A stretch of DNA of 64,000 nucleotides. It comes from Alphaproteobacteria bacterium. Lineage in GTDB: Bacteria; Pseudomonadota; Alphaproteobacteria; CALKHQ01. How positions within the stretch are numbered: the first letter of the stretch is position 1; each line of letters opens with the position of its first letter. The stretch is taken from NCBI GenBank assembly GCA_965227515.1, contig CBDDFZ010000001.1, forward strand, positions 576,001 through 640,000, in the 5' to 3' direction. The translations under genes and the position numbers were made by a program. A model generated the notes under the pieces. The model did no database searches. It had not been told where the DNA came from and saw only the letters and a list, made by a program, of their open reading frames with translations. This document shows, piece by piece, positions 37,919 to 48,706 of the stretch.

Positions 37919-38155
37919 GTCGCCCTCGCCCTTGTGGCTAGGGCCCATTCATGTGCGGGTCTCGCCGCCCCAAGTGTTCTGCCATCAACGTGCAATGCAT
38001 TGAATTCGCCCGCCCCGAAGAAACGTGAGCACCTTAACTTATTGATATCTTGGTCATAAATGGATCCTCGGGACAAGCCCGAGGATGACAATGAGGGGTG
38101 GTGCTGGGCTGGCGGCACAATGCCCGCAGTTAGCGCGACAAGCGCGAGGATGACG
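37919..38155. repeat. REP/REPIN-like palindromic element, family A, copy 2
   Basis: GTCGCCCTCGCCCTTGTGGCTAGGGCCCAT (37919-37948), inverted ATGGATCCTCGGGACAAGCCCGAGGATGAC (38060-38089), partial arm CGCGACAAGCGCGAGGATGACG (38134-38155). Confidence 0.85.
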
Positions 38156-38176
38156 AAGAGAGAAGGGGGTCGGGCG

Positions 38177-38524
38177 CTACGACTTGCCCTTGCGGGCGGC
38201 CTTCTCGGCGAGGCCCGACTTGCCCTCGCGGCTTTCCAGCATCGCCCAGACCTCGCTCGGCACCACACCGGTCGACGCCCACAGCACGATCAGGTGGTAG
38301 AGCAGGTCGGCGCTTTCCGAGATCACCTGGCCGCGTTTGCCCGCGGCGGCGGCGATCACGGTCTCGACCGCCTCCTCGCCCATCTTCTGGGCCGCGCGGG
38401 CCGGACCCGCCGCCAGCAACTGCGCCGTGTAGGAGGTATCGGGATCGGCATCGCGCCGGTCGGCCACGGTCGCGAACAGACGCTCGAGCACCGTCGCATC
38501 CGCTGAGGATTTGTTTGCGCTCAT
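38177..38524 (-). CDS. hisE: Phosphoribosyl-ATP pyrophosphatase
   Basis: [23 protein letters not shown]. Confidence 0.96.
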   Translation of the reverse strand: MSANKSSADATVLERLFATVADRRDADPDTSYTAQLLAAGPARAAQKMGEEAVETVIAAAAGKRGQVISESADLLYHLIVLWASTGVVPSEVWAMLESREGKSGLAEKAARKGKS

Positions 38525-39318
38525 ACCGCCCCTCCCGTGTGCGCGCCCACCGGGCGCACCGGCACCCCGCACGCAGCCATATGCGCCTTGGCGTCGGCGA
38601 TCGTTGCCTCACCGAAATGAAATATCGAGGCGGCCAGCACCGCCGACGCCCCGCCCTCGGTCACGCCCTCGACCAGATGGTCCAGATTGCCGACGCCGCC
38701 GCTGGCGATCACCGGCACCGTCACCGCGTCCACCACCGTCCTGGTCAGCGCGGTGTCGAAGCCGATCCTGGTGCCATCGCGATCCATCGAGGTCAGCAAC
38801 AGCTCGCCGGCGCCATTGGCGACCATCTTGCGCGCCCATTCGACCGCGTCGAGGCCGGTCGGCCGGCGCCCGCCATGGGTGAACACTTCCCAGCGCGGCG
38901 GCTCGCCCTCGCCCGACACCCGCTTGGCGTCGATGGCGACCACGATGCACTGGGCGCCGAACTTGTCGGCGGCCGCGGTCACGAACTCCGGCTTGGCGAC
39001 AGCCGTGGTGTTGATCGACACTTTGTCGGCGCCGGCCAGCAGCAGCCGGCGAATGTCCTCGATCTCGCGCACCCCGCCGCCCACGGTCAGCGGCATGAAC
39101 ACCTCGTCGGCGGTGCGGGCGACCACGTCGTACAGGGTCTCGCGCGCCTCGTGGCTGGCGGTGATATCCAGGAAACACAGTTCGTCGGCGCCCTGGCGCT
39201 CATAGACCGCGGCCTGCTCTACTGGGTCGCCGGCATCACGCAGGTCGACGAAGTTGACCCCCTTGACCACCCGGCCGTCGTGGACGTCCAGGCAGGGGAT
39301 GATGCGCACCTTCAGCAT
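38521..39318 (-). CDS. hisF: Imidazole glycerol phosphate synthase cyclase subunit
   Basis: [40 protein letters not shown]. Confidence 0.98.
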   Translation of the reverse strand: MLKVRIIPCLDVHDGRVVKGVNFVDLRDAGDPVEQAAVYERQGADELCFLDITASHEARETLYDVVARTADEVFMPLTVGGGVREIEDIRRLLLAGADKVSINTTAVAKPEFVTAAADKFGAQCIVVAIDAKRVSGEGEPPRWEVFTHGGRRPTGLDAVEWARKMVANGAGELLLTSMDRDGTRIGFDTALTRTVVDAVTVPVIASGGVGNLDHLVEGVTEGGASAVLAASIFHFGEATIADAKAHMAACGVPVRPVGAHTGGAV

Positions 39319-40052
39319 CAGGCGGCCCCGCGCAGCGCGGCGAGCCCGGCAGCCGGGTCGACACGGCCGTCATAGAGCGCGCGGCCGCAGATGACGCCGG
39401 CGATGTTGTGGTCCGCGCCGGCATCGCGCACCGTCTCCAGGTCGGCCAGCGACGACACGCCGCCGGAAACGATGACCGGGGTCGAGATCGCGTCTGCAAG
39501 CGCGGCCGAGGCGGCGACATTGGGCCCGCCCATGGCGCCGTCGCGGTCGATGTCGGTGTGGATAATGGCGGCCACCCCACAATCCTCGAGCCTGAGCGCG
39601 AGGTCGCGGGCGGTGATATCCGCGGTCTCCGCCCAACCGTCGATGGCCACCCGACCGGCGCGGGCATCGATGCCGACCGCGATCCGGCCCGGATGGGCGG
39701 CGCAGGCGGTGCGCACCAGATCGGGCGACTGTACCGCCGCCGTGCCCAGGATCACCCGGGCGATGCCGGCGTCCAGCCAGCGGTCGATCGCCGCCATGTC
39801 GCGAATGCCGCCGCCGAGCTGGGCCGGAATGTCGATGGCGTCCAAAATGGAAGCAATCGCCGCCGCGTTCTCCGACCGGCCGGCAAACGCGCCGTCCAGG
39901 TCGACCACGTGCAGCCATGCGAACCCGGCGTCGGCGAACTGGCGCGCCTGGGCGGCCGGGTCGTCGTTGAACACCGTGGCGCTGTCCATGGCGCCGCGCA
40001 GCAGGCGCACGCACTGGCCGCCCTTCAGGTCGATGGCTGGAAACAGGATCAC
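39318..40052 (-). CDS. hisA: ProFAR isomerase
   Basis: [34 protein letters not shown]. Confidence 0.98.
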   Translation of the reverse strand: MILFPAIDLKGGQCVRLLRGAMDSATVFNDDPAAQARQFADAGFAWLHVVDLDGAFAGRSENAAAIASILDAIDIPAQLGGGIRDMAAIDRWLDAGIARVILGTAAVQSPDLVRTACAAHPGRIAVGIDARAGRVAIDGWAETADITARDLALRLEDCGVAAIIHTDIDRDGAMGGPNVAASAALADAISTPVIVSGGVSSLADLETVRDAGADHNIAGVICGRALYDGRVDPAAGLAALRGAA

Positions 40053-40118
40053 GTGCGTAGAACCTCGGGCAGTCGATTGTGCGGATGTCTGGAAGCGCTC
40101 CGCCGACGCCCGCGATAC

Positions 40119-40703
40119 TCAGCCGTCGAAGTCCTGCCTCAGGTCCTTGGTGTAGTGAAATCCGCGCACGGTTTCACCATCAATCATCGCATACGCCGGA
40201 TCGGTGCCCCAGCACACGAAGCCGCGATGCTCGTACATCGCGATGGCGGCGCGCTGGGTCTCGCGCACGTCCAGCTTCAGGAAGGCATAGCCGCAGTCGC
40301 GCGCTTCCGCCTCGATCCGCGCGGTCAGCCCGTGGGCGACGCCATGGCCGCGTGCCCACGGCGCCACGAACGACGTCGTCAGCAGCGCGGCGTGGGCCTG
40401 GGCCTCGTTGTTGCGCGGCGGATGCTGGAGTTGGGCGGAGCCGACAATCACGCCATCCAGCCGGCCGACGAACACCTCGCGCCCCGGCACCAGCAGCACG
40501 CCGTTCCAGAACGCCTCCAGCACGTGGGTCTCGGGTGGCGTCAGCCAGCCGAATCCGCCATCGGCCTCGATCGCCTGAACCGTGGCGTCACACAGATCGT
40601 TCAGGTCGTGCGCGCTCAGCTTGGTCAGGCGCTCGATGCGGACTTCGGCATCGGCGCGGGAGGGGGAGGTCGGAACGGTCAGTGCGGCGGTGTCGTACTT
40701 CAT
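40119..40703 (-). CDS. GNAT-family N-acetyltransferase
   Basis: FVAPWARGHGVA acetyl-CoA motif and LDVRETQ.AAI..Y...GF. Overlaps the hisH stop. Confidence 0.9.
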   Translation of the reverse strand: MKYDTAALTVPTSPSRADAEVRIERLTKLSAHDLNDLCDATVQAIEADGGFGWLTPPETHVLEAFWNGVLLVPGREVFVGRLDGVIVGSAQLQHPPRNNEAQAHAALLTTSFVAPWARGHGVAHGLTARIEAEARDCGYAFLKLDVRETQRAAIAMYEHRGFVCWGTDPAYAMIDGETVRGFHYTKDLRQDFDG

Positions 40704-41356
40704 GGGCTCCAACTTAGGAAGTTGCTGAGGATTTTCAGCCCCACGGCCTGGCTTTTTTCGGGATGGAACTGGGTGCCGACCATGTTGTCACGGCCGATCA
40801 CGGCGGCGAACGGCTTGCCATAGGTGCTTGTCGCCAGCACCGCCTCATCCTGATCGACCACCATGGCGAAACTGTGAACGAAGTAGACATGATCGCCCGG
40901 ATGCAGGCCGGCGAGCACCGGGTGGGGCGGCGTGCGCACGTCCAGCTCGTTCCAGCCCATGTGCGGATAGCGCAGCCCGTTCACCGGCGCGTCCGGCTCG
41001 CGCAACGGGCGCACCTCGCCTGTCACCCAGTCGAACCCGTCATGGCGGCCGAATTCCAGGCCGGCGGTCGCCATCAGCTGCATGCCGACGCAGATGCCCA
41101 GGAACGGCCGGCCGCGCACGCGCACCGTGTGCTCCAGGGCATCGCGCATGCCGTCGACGGCCGCGAGCCCGCGCGCGCAGTCGCCGAACGCGCCGACCCC
41201 GGGCAGCACCACGCGGTCGGCATCGGCGACGACTTGCGCCTCGTCGGTCACCACCACGTGCTGGCCATCGCCCACCGCCGCCGCGGCACGCTCCAGCGCA
41301 CGCTCGGCGGACCGCAGGTTTCCGGACCCGTAATCAACGATGGCAACCAGCGACAT
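40700..41356 (-). CDS. hisH: Imidazole glycerol phosphate synthase glutaminase subunit
   Basis: DYGSGNL, LPGVG.F, GICVGMQ, PHMGWN, QFHPEKS. Start corrected to 41356. Confidence 0.97.
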   Translation of the reverse strand: MSLVAIVDYGSGNLRSAERALERAAAAVGDGQHVVVTDEAQVVADADRVVLPGVGAFGDCARGLAAVDGMRDALEHTVRVRGRPFLGICVGMQLMATAGLEFGRHDGFDWVTGEVRPLREPDAPVNGLRYPHMGWNELDVRTPPHPVLAGLHPGDHVYFVHSFAMVVDQDEAVLATSTYGKPFAAVIGRDNMVGTQFHPEKSQAVGLKILSNFLSWSP

Positions 41357-41435
41357 GGTGCAATTTCCCCAACGACGCGGGCCCGCAATCGGCCGCCTGA
41401 ACCGACCGGGCCAGCCTGCAACGGACTCGAATTTT

Positions 41436-41463
41436 CTTGATACCTCGGGCGATGATACCAAAT
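41436..41463 (+). promoter_or_regulatory. Possible RpoH promoter of hslVU
   Basis: CTTGAT-N16-CCAAAT upstream of a heat-shock operon. Confidence 0.4.
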
Positions 41464-41575
41464 CCCCTTGGTTTGGTGCATCCTGTCTCCACAGCCGGCG
41501 ACGGGGGGAGGGGCGCGGCTCCATGCAGCTCGGCGCCACCCGCATCACGCCGCAATCACATACTCGTCGGAGATC

Positions 41576-42130
41576 ATGAGCACATCCGCTGACACGCAAT
41601 GGCACGGCACGACTATCCTGTCGGTGCGCAAGAAAGACCGGGTGGTCATCGCCGGCGACGGCCAGGTGACATTCGGCAACACGGTCATGAAGGCAAACGC
41701 CCGCAAGGTGCGGCGCCTGGGCGATGGCCAGGTGATCGCCGGGTTCGCGGGCGCGACGGCGGATGCCTTCACGCTGTTCGAACGCCTGGAAGCCAAGCTG
41801 GAGCAGCATCCCGGCCAACTGGTCCGCGCCTGCGTCGAGATGGCGAAGGACTGGCGGACGGACCGCTACCTGCGCCGCCTTGAGGCGATGATGGCGGTGG
41901 CGGACAAGTCCTCCAGCCTGGTGCTGACCGGCAATGGCGACGTACTGGAGCCGGCGGACGGCCTGATCGGCATCGGGTCGGGCGGCAGCTTCGCACTGGC
42001 GGCGGCGCGCGCGCTGGAGCCGGTGGACGACATGGATGCCGAGGAGATCGCCAAGCGCGCGATGGCGATTGCGGCCGGCATCTGCATCTATACCAACGAC
42101 GAGATTATCATCGAGAGTTTGGGCACATGA
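41576..42130 (+). CDS. hslV: ATP-dependent protease peptidase subunit
   Basis: [38 protein letters not shown]. Confidence 0.98.
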   Translation: MSTSADTQWHGTTILSVRKKDRVVIAGDGQVTFGNTVMKANARKVRRLGDGQVIAGFAGATADAFTLFERLEAKLEQHPGQLVRACVEMAKDWRTDRYLRRLEAMMAVADKSSSLVLTGNGDVLEPADGLIGIGSGGSFALAAARALEPVDDMDAEEIAKRAMAIAAGICIYTNDEIIIESLGT

Positions 42131-43503
42131 TGGAAGCGACCAACAAAGCGGTATTTGCCGAGAAGGAGCCGCCGAAGGACGACAGCGACGCCAAGCGCGC
42201 GTTCAGCCCGCGCGAGATCGTGTCCGAGCTCGACCGGCATATCGTCGGCCAGAACGACGCCAAGCGGGCGGTGGCCATCGCGCTGCGCAACCGGTGGCGC
42301 CGGCAGCAGCTTCCAGAGGATCTGCGCGAGGAGGTCCTGCCCAAGAACATCTTGATGATCGGCCCCACCGGCTGCGGCAAGACCGAGATCGCCCGCCGGC
42401 TGGCCCGGCTGGCCGACGCGCCGTTCATCAAGGTCGAGGCGACCAAGTTCACCGAGGTCGGCTATGTCGGCCGTGACGTGGAACAAATCGTGCGCGACCT
42501 GGTGGAAGCCAGCATCACCATGACGCGCACGCGCATGCGCAGGGATGTGCAGGCACGCGCCGAAATCGCGGCCGAAGAGCGCGTTTTGGACGCTTTGGTG
42601 GGCGATAATGCAGGCGCGGCGGCCCGCGAGTCCTTCCGCCGGCGGCTCAGGTCGGGCGAACTCGACGGTCGCGAAATCGAGCTCGAAATGGCCGATACCG
42701 GTGGCGGTTCGATGCCGACTTTCGACATTCCGGGCATGCCGGGCGCCCAGATCGGCGCCATCAACCTCAACGACATCCTGGGCAAGGCGCTGGGCGGCCG
42801 CACCAAGAAACGGCGCATGACGGTCGCGGAATCCTACGACGTGCTGATGGAGGAGGAGAGCGACAAGCTGCTGGACGACGAGAAGGTGGTGCGATCGGCC
42901 ATCGAACAGGTCGAGCAGAACGGCATCGCCTTCATCGACGAGATCGACAAGATCACCGCCCGGTCGGAGCGGCAGGGCGCGGACGTCAGCCGCGAGGGCG
43001 TGCAGCGCGACCTGCTGCCGCTGATCGAGGGCACCACCGTCAGCACCAAGCACGGCGCGGTCAAGACCGACCACATCCTGTTCATCGCGTCGGGCGCGTT
43101 CCATCTGGCCAAGCCGGCGGACTTGCTGCCGGAACTGCAGGGCCGCCTGCCGATCCGCGTCGAGCTGAAGGCGCTGACCAAGGACGATTTCCGCCGCATC
43201 CTGACCGAGCCGCAGGCAAGCCTGGTCACCCAGTATGTGGCGCTGATGGGCACCGAGGAGATCGAGCTCACGTTCAGCGACGATGCCATCGACGCGCTGG
43301 CGGCGCTGGCGGCCGAGATCAACGAGAATGTTGAGAACATCGGCGCCCGGCGGCTGCACACGGTGCTGGAGCGCCTGCTGGAGGACATCAGCTTCACCGC
43401 ACCCGATCGCGGCGGCGAGGCGATCGAGATCGACGCCGCCTATGTCACCGAGCGGGTGAAACCGCTGGCCGAGAACGCCGACCTCAGCCGGTTTATCTTG
43501 TAG
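42127..43503 (+). CDS. hslU: ATP-dependent protease ATPase subunit
   Basis: [38 protein letters not shown]. Confidence 0.98.
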   Translation: MMEATNKAVFAEKEPPKDDSDAKRAFSPREIVSELDRHIVGQNDAKRAVAIALRNRWRRQQLPEDLREEVLPKNILMIGPTGCGKTEIARRLARLADAPFIKVEATKFTEVGYVGRDVEQIVRDLVEASITMTRTRMRRDVQARAEIAAEERVLDALVGDNAGAAARESFRRRLRSGELDGREIELEMADTGGGSMPTFDIPGMPGAQIGAINLNDILGKALGGRTKKRRMTVAESYDVLMEEESDKLLDDEKVVRSAIEQVEQNGIAFIDEIDKITARSERQGADVSREGVQRDLLPLIEGTTVSTKHGAVKTDHILFIASGAFHLAKPADLLPELQGRLPIRVELKALTKDDFRRILTEPQASLVTQYVALMGTEEIELTFSDDAIDALAALAAEINENVENIGARRLHTVLERLLEDISFTAPDRGGEAIEIDAAYVTERVKPLAENADLSRFIL

Positions 43504-43528
43504 CTGGCAACTTAACAGGCAACCTCAA

Positions 43529-43707
43529 CCCTCACCCTCCCGTCCGGCTGAGCCGGCCGGGTCCCTCCCTCTCCCAAGGCTTGGGAGAGGGTCGGTTGGT
43601 CGTGCCGAAACCCCCTCTCCCGCGAAGTGGGAGAGGGAGGGGCCCAAGCCTGCCCTTGGGCCGGCGAATGCCGGTCCCGAGGACCGACAGGCTTGGGAGG
43701 GTGAGGG
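43529..43707. repeat. Mosaic palindromic element, family B, copy 2
   Basis: Same termini as 23651-23791. Its left 47 bp is the near-exact reverse complement of the right end of copy 1. Confidence 0.88.
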
Positions 43708-43756
43708 CATGATCAGCGACCAACCCCGGCCGCGGAACGCGCCTAGTCCCGCTCTC

Positions 43757-44401
43757 CTAATCCCTGGGCGGGCGGTTGCGGCGCAACAGCACATAGTAGG
43801 CGCCGACGCCGCCGTGCTGTTGCTGGGCCTGGGAGATCGCGACCACATGCGGGCGCATGTCCTGCCCGTTCAGCCACTCCGGCAGCATCTTGCGCAGCAC
43901 GCCGCCGCCCTGGCTCACCGAGCCCTTGCCGGTCACGATCAGCACGCAGCGGCTGTTGGCCATCCGGCATCGGGCGATGAAGCTGTGCAACCGGCGGTGG
44001 GCCACCGCTTGCGTGTCGCCATGCAGGTCCAGCACCGCGTCCACTGGCAGCCGGCCCTTGCGCAGCCGGTCGAAGGTCTTGCGGTCGACACCATCGATGG
44101 CACCGACCTCCAGGTCGCGCCCCGCCCACGCGCTTCTCGGCGGCACCGTCGGGCGCGGCACCGGCGAATGGTGGATATGGGGCCGCCGCGGCCCCTCATC
44201 TTCCGGATCGCTGTGCCGATTGACCTTGGCATCTGTGCGCGCGCGGCGGTTCTCCAGGCGGCGCACGTCGCGCGTCACCTGATGCCAGAGCGCGGGGTCG
44301 TCGTCCGAACGCTTGGTCACAGCGGTCCCGTGGTTGGTGGCAGCATCGCGCAGCGGAGGAGTCGCGTGGCGTCGCCGCGCCACCACCGCCGCGTGTGTCA
44401 C
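43757..44401 (-). CDS. Smr/MutS2-domain protein
   Basis: LDLHG.TQ..AH..L, VLIVTGKG, HGG.GA.YVLL. Start uncertain. Confidence 0.9.
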   Translation of the reverse strand: MTHAAVVARRRHATPPLRDAATNHGTAVTKRSDDDPALWHQVTRDVRRLENRRARTDAKVNRHSDPEDEGPRRPHIHHSPVPRPTVPPRSAWAGRDLEVGAIDGVDRKTFDRLRKGRLPVDAVLDLHGDTQAVAHRRLHSFIARCRMANSRCVLIVTGKGSVSQGGGVLRKMLPEWLNGQDMRPHVVAISQAQQQHGGVGAYYVLLRRNRPPRD

Positions 44402-44404
44402 GTG

Positions 44405-45115
44405 TCACATAGTGTGGAATTCGTTAACGAGAATGATGTGGAGGTTCAGCGGGCCGTGGGCGCCCATCTGGATCTTCTGCTCGATGTCGCCGGTGCGCGA
44501 CGGGCCAGTGATGAAGTTGACCGTCCGTGGCATGGCGCCGGCGCCCGCCCCTTCGCCCTGCCGGGCCGCAAGCGCCCGCACCGCATCCCAGCCATCCTCG
44601 TAGCTGCCGACCACGCGATCCGCCGGCAGCACCACGATGTGGGTGCCGGGCAGGAAGTTCAGAGTCGCCGGGTGATCGGGGCCGGAGACGGCCATCAGGG
44701 TGCCGGTCTCGGCAACGCCGGCCAGCGCGCTGGTGACGCCCACTTCGGTGCGCCCGTCGGGCAGGCCGGAGGCGACGCTCAGCATCGGTGCCTGCCCCCA
44801 CGGAATGGCAGTGACGACCTCGTCCTCGGTGGCGACGATCTCGGTCGGCAGGTTGCGCCCGGCCAGGAACTCGGCGATCCGTTGCGGCACCTCGTCCAGC
44901 GTCGCCACGCTCTCCACCGTAGCGCTGCTCTGCGTCGCCATGCGCTCGAACAGCTCGCGCAGGCCGGCCTGGTCAAGGTCGATCCGGGCCGGCAGCAGAT
45001 TGCGCTTGGGCGCGCGCAGGCCCTGCTCCAGCTCAGCGGTCTTGGCGTCGTCCAGCGGCCCGCGGCCAAGGCCGGCCCGCACCGCGCCGAAAATGGCGTC
45101 GCGGCCGCCGCTCAT
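44405..45115 (-). CDS. lutC: Lactate utilization protein C (LUD domain)
   Basis: GVAETGT, FITGPSRTGDIE...GAHGP. Start corrected to 45115. Confidence 0.9.
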   Translation of the reverse strand: MSGGRDAIFGAVRAGLGRGPLDDAKTAELEQGLRAPKRNLLPARIDLDQAGLRELFERMATQSSATVESVATLDEVPQRIAEFLAGRNLPTEIVATEDEVVTAIPWGQAPMLSVASGLPDGRTEVGVTSALAGVAETGTLMAVSGPDHPATLNFLPGTHIVVLPADRVVGSYEDGWDAVRALAARQGEGAGAGAMPRTVNFITGPSRTGDIEQKIQMGAHGPLNLHIILVNEFHTM

Positions 45116-46551
45116 GTGGCGCGCGCGCCGCTCTTGGCCGCCTTGTGACGGCGCCACGCGCCGTGAAAGCCGCCAGTTGCCGGTGCCGGCAGGTCGCGCC
45201 CGGCGGTCCAGCCACCGGCCAATGGCGCCCGGCTGAGCCGCCCCCGGCCGCGCGCCAGCATCCGCAAGCCACGCGCGGCAATGCCCGTGCTTAGCCGATA
45301 GAGCCAGGGGCGCGTCGCCAGGAACCGCCACAGCCCCAGCCCGGCGCGCACGGTCGCGGGCGACTTGCGCTGCTCGTGCTGGCGCTCGCGCCATTTGCGC
45401 ATCAGCCCCGGCAACGGAATGCGCATCGGGCACACCGCCTCGCAACGGCCGCAGAAAGTGGAGGCGTTCGGCAAGTCGCCCACCTTGTCCAGCCCTACCA
45501 GTGCCGGCATCCACACCGCGCCGACCGGGCCGGGATAGACCGAGCCATAGGCATGGCCGCCGATAGAGCCGTAGACCGGGCAGTGGTTCATGCAGGCGCC
45601 GCAGCGGATGCAGCGCAGCGCCTCGCTGAACCCCTCCGCGATCATCCGGGTGCGCCCGTTGTCCAGCAGCACCACGTGGAACGCATCGGGGCCGTCCGGG
45701 TCGCCTTCCCGGCGCGGCCCGGTGGAGAACGTCGTGTAGCTGGAGAATTCCTGGCCGGTGGCCGAGCGCGCCAGAACCCGCAGGATCGTGCTGCAATCCT
45801 CCAGCGTCGGCACCACTTTCTCGATGCCGGCGATAACCACGTGCACTTTCGGCAGCAACTGGGTCAGGTCGCCATTGCCCTCGTTGGTGACGATGACGGT
45901 CGAGCCGGTCTCGGCCACCAGGAAATTGGCGCCGGTGATGCCGACATCGGCGCCCAGGAACTGCTCGCGCAGCACGTCGCGGGCTTCGTCCAGCAACTGG
46001 CGCGGCTCGGTCAGCGGGCGTTCCGGCGGATAGGCCTTGTGGGCGGCGTAGAACGCCTCGCTGATCTGGTCCTGAACCACGTGGATGGCCGGCGCGATGA
46101 TGTGGCTGGGCGGTTCCTTGCGCAACTGGATGATGTATTCGCCCAGATCGGTCTCCACCGGGGTGACGCCGTTCGCTTCCAGGAACGGATTGAGATCGAT
46201 CTCCTCGGCCACCATGGACTTGCCCTTGGTCACCGTCTTGGCGTCGACCCCGCGGCAGATCTCCAGCACGGCGGCGCGCGCCTCGTCGACGGTCGAGCAC
46301 CAGTGCACGTGGCCGCCGGCTTCCGTGACCTGGCGCTCGAACGCCTCCAGGTAGAAGTCCAGGTGGGCCAGCGTGTGGTCCTTGATGTCGCGCGCCTTGT
46401 CGCGCAGCGCGTCGAATTCGGGCAGCAGGTCGATGGCGGCCTTGCGCTTGCCGACGAAACCGGTCTTGGCGTTGTCGAGCGCCTTTTGCAGGATCGGCTC
46501 GCGAAGTGCCTGGCTGGCGTTGGCCTTGAAGGCACGGCTGTCCATGTGCAT
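45112..46551 (-). CDS. lutB: Lactate utilization Fe-S protein B
   Basis: ETDLGEYIIQL, PSHIIAPAIH, CIRCGACMNHCP, FCGRCEAVCP. Confidence 0.95.
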   Translation of the reverse strand: MHMDSRAFKANASQALREPILQKALDNAKTGFVGKRKAAIDLLPEFDALRDKARDIKDHTLAHLDFYLEAFERQVTEAGGHVHWCSTVDEARAAVLEICRGVDAKTVTKGKSMVAEEIDLNPFLEANGVTPVETDLGEYIIQLRKEPPSHIIAPAIHVVQDQISEAFYAAHKAYPPERPLTEPRQLLDEARDVLREQFLGADVGITGANFLVAETGSTVIVTNEGNGDLTQLLPKVHVVIAGIEKVVPTLEDCSTILRVLARSATGQEFSSYTTFSTGPRREGDPDGPDAFHVVLLDNGRTRMIAEGFSEALRCIRCGACMNHCPVYGSIGGHAYGSVYPGPVGAVWMPALVGLDKVGDLPNASTFCGRCEAVCPMRIPLPGLMRKWRERQHEQRKSPATVRAGLGLWRFLATRPWLYRLSTGIAARGLRMLARGRGRLSRAPLAGGWTAGRDLPAPATGGFHGAWRRHKAAKSGARAT

Positions 46552-47367
46552 CTAGCGGCCCTCCGCCGGCATTGCGACGGCATTTGCCCGTTCACCGGGC
46601 GCGTCGCCGATGCCGGGCTCGTCGGTCAGGCCGGCCAGCACCTCGGCGACGTGGCGCACCTCGACGTCCGCGCCCAGGCGGCGCAGCTTGCCGGCCATGT
46701 TGAGCAGGCAGCCCAGGTCGCCCGCCAGCAGCAGGTCGGCGCCGGTCGACACGATGTTGCGCGCCTTGTCGCTGACCATGCGGTCGGAAATCTCGGGGTA
46801 TTTCACACAGAACGTACCGCCGAACCCGCAGCACACATCGGCGTCAGGCAGCGGTGTCAGCGTCAGTCCGTCCACGCCCTCCAGCAGCGCGCGCGGCTGC
46901 GCGGCGACGCCCAGCTCGCGCAGGCCCGAGCAACTGTCGTGATAGGTCGCGTTTCGTGCAGCACCTACTGTTTTAGGTTTCAGGCCCAATACATCATGCA
47001 GGAAGCTGATCAGCTCGTGGGTCTTCGCAGCCAGCCGCTGGGCCCTTTCACGCCATTTGGCGTCATCCGCGAACAGCTCGGGATAGTGCTTCACGATCAT
47101 GCCGGCGCACGAGCCGGAGGGCACCACGACGTGGTCGTAGCCCTCGAACGTCGCGATCACCTGGCGGGCGACCGCCTGGGCGGAACGGCGGTCGCCGCTG
47201 TTATAGGCCGGCTGGCCGCAACAGGTCTGCGACCGCGGCGCGTCCACCGTGCAGCCGCCCTGCTCCAACAACTCGGCCGCCGCCACGCCGACCGACGGGC
47301 GGAACAGGTCGACAAGGCAGGTCACGAACAGCGCGACCTTGCGCGTATCGGTTGCGCTGGCGCTCAT
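46552..47367 (-). CDS. lutA: Lactate utilization protein A (CCG domains)
   Basis: FVTCLVD, QTCCGQP, YHDSC, CCGFGGTF, GCLLN. Confidence 0.93.
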   Translation of the reverse strand: MSASATDTRKVALFVTCLVDLFRPSVGVAAAELLEQGGCTVDAPRSQTCCGQPAYNSGDRRSAQAVARQVIATFEGYDHVVVPSGSCAGMIVKHYPELFADDAKWRERAQRLAAKTHELISFLHDVLGLKPKTVGAARNATYHDSCSGLRELGVAAQPRALLEGVDGLTLTPLPDADVCCGFGGTFCVKYPEISDRMVSDKARNIVSTGADLLLAGDLGCLLNMAGKLRRLGADVEVRHVAEVLAGLTDEPGIGDAPGERANAVAMPAEGR

Positions 47368-47398
47368 GTCCAACGGCTCAGCTGTGCTGGCACGGCAT

Positions 47399-48637
47399 TC
47401 AGTCCGCGGTCTCGATCTGCAGCTCGCTCACCTGTGCCGGCAGGAACAGGAACAGGCGCCCGACGCCGCTCATGGTCTCCGCCGCCTCGACCGCTTCCTC
47501 GCCGGTGCCCCAGTACACGGCCCCGGCCGAAAACCCTTCAACGCTGGGATCGTCGTCCTGGGTCACCACCATGCGCTGGATGCGGAAGTTGCTGGACGTG
47601 GTCACCCCGGTGTCGATCCACGCCGGCAGGCCGATCGGCAGCAGGCGCGTGTCGACCGCCAGGCTGCGGCCCGGCGTCAGCGCGAAACCCTGGGGCCCGA
47701 CCACTTCGGCGGCATTCGTGGTCTTGAAGAAAACATAGCGCTGGTCGAGCTGGATGGCACTGGCGCCACGGTCCGGCTGCTGGCGCATCCAGTCCACCGC
47801 ATCACCCCAGCGCGCGCCCTCGCGCGGCAGCACGCCACGGCTGATCAGAACGCGCACCATCGACGACGGCGCATAGCCATTGTCGCCATCCGCCACCACG
47901 CGGGTCGCGGTGCCGTCGCCATAGACGATGATGCCGGCCCCTGCCTCCTGCATGATGTAGAGCGCCAGCGGATCGTCCACGAAGCCGAGCTCCAGGTTCC
48001 GCCCGGCCAGCGCGCCATCCACGATGGCGCCGCGGTCGTAATAGGGCTCCATGCCCCAGTCGACGACCCGGCCGGTATTGGTCTGCAGCGGCCAGTCCTC
48101 CGGCAGATCCTCCGCCTGCAGTTCCACCATGTCGTTGGGGCGCATCAGGATCGGATAGGTGTAGCCGGCGGTCGACCGGCGCGTCGCATTGACGAACGGC
48201 TCGTAATAGCCGGTGATCAGTGCCTCCGGCACCTCGACCTCGATCACCCGATAGGGCTGGAACGCCTCCTGGAACGCGGCGCGCAGCGCCTCCGGATCCT
48301 CGCCGGCGGACAGAACGGTGTCGCAGGGCAAGAGCCAGTCGCCCACCACGCCGGCGCGCCCGCCGAGGCCGAGCGGCTGGCTGGGCTCCGACGACCGGTA
48401 GATGTTGCAGGTCTCGCGCAGCGCCGGCAGCACTTCGGCAAGATTGTCGTCGGACCAGCCGTTGAGGCGGCTGTATTGGACAGGCTGCAAGGTGTAGCCG
48501 GCGTAGTTGACCAGGCGGGTATCGACCGTGCGACAGCCCGCCAACGTGCCCAGCGCGACGATGATCGCCACCGCGATGCACAACGGCGCCGACACGGCGA
48601 CCCCGCCGCGTGCAGTCCGCGCTTGTTCCATGTTCAT
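47399..48637 (-). CDS. mltA: MltA-family lipoprotein, predicted catalytically inactive
   Basis: Lipobox LAGC, ITGYYEP, YVFF, LTPGRSLAVD..P.G.P. The 3D motif is degenerate (QDDDPSVEGFSAGAVYWG). Position after timA matches mltA. Confidence 0.85.
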   Translation of the reverse strand: MNMEQARTARGGVAVSAPLCIAVAIIVALGTLAGCRTVDTRLVNYAGYTLQPVQYSRLNGWSDDNLAEVLPALRETCNIYRSSEPSQPLGLGGRAGVVGDWLLPCDTVLSAGEDPEALRAAFQEAFQPYRVIEVEVPEALITGYYEPFVNATRRSTAGYTYPILMRPNDMVELQAEDLPEDWPLQTNTGRVVDWGMEPYYDRGAIVDGALAGRNLELGFVDDPLALYIMQEAGAGIIVYGDGTATRVVADGDNGYAPSSMVRVLISRGVLPREGARWGDAVDWMRQQPDRGASAIQLDQRYVFFKTTNAAEVVGPQGFALTPGRSLAVDTRLLPIGLPAWIDTGVTTSSNFRIQRMVVTQDDDPSVEGFSAGAVYWGTGEEAVEAAETMSGVGRLFLFLPAQVSELQIETAD

Positions 48638-48706
48638 GCCCCCATCGTCATGCCCGCGCACGCGCGCTCCGAACAGATACCTTGGAACGCACGGCCAGAC
48701 GAGGAC

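Noticed and set aside
40119-40703. GNAT inside the his operon as a novelty
   Set aside because: Small genes between hisH and hisA are common in alphaproteobacteria, and nothing in the sequence is unusual.
13330-43707. CRISPR interpretation of the intergenic repeats
   Set aside because: The repeats are inverted palindromes in two or three arms, not direct repeats with regular spacers, and there are no cas genes.
44394-44409. parS-like TGTGTCACGTGTCACA (also GTGTCACACGAAAC near 63423)
   Set aside because: Each has three mismatches to GTTTCACGTGAAAC and broken symmetry.
44405-46300. Apparent 631-aa LutC with a long N-terminal extension
   Set aside because: The extension overlaps lutB in another frame and the real start is ATG 45115. 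The same artefact affects trxA, ptsH, hisH, maf and the 34310 and 36134 ORFs.
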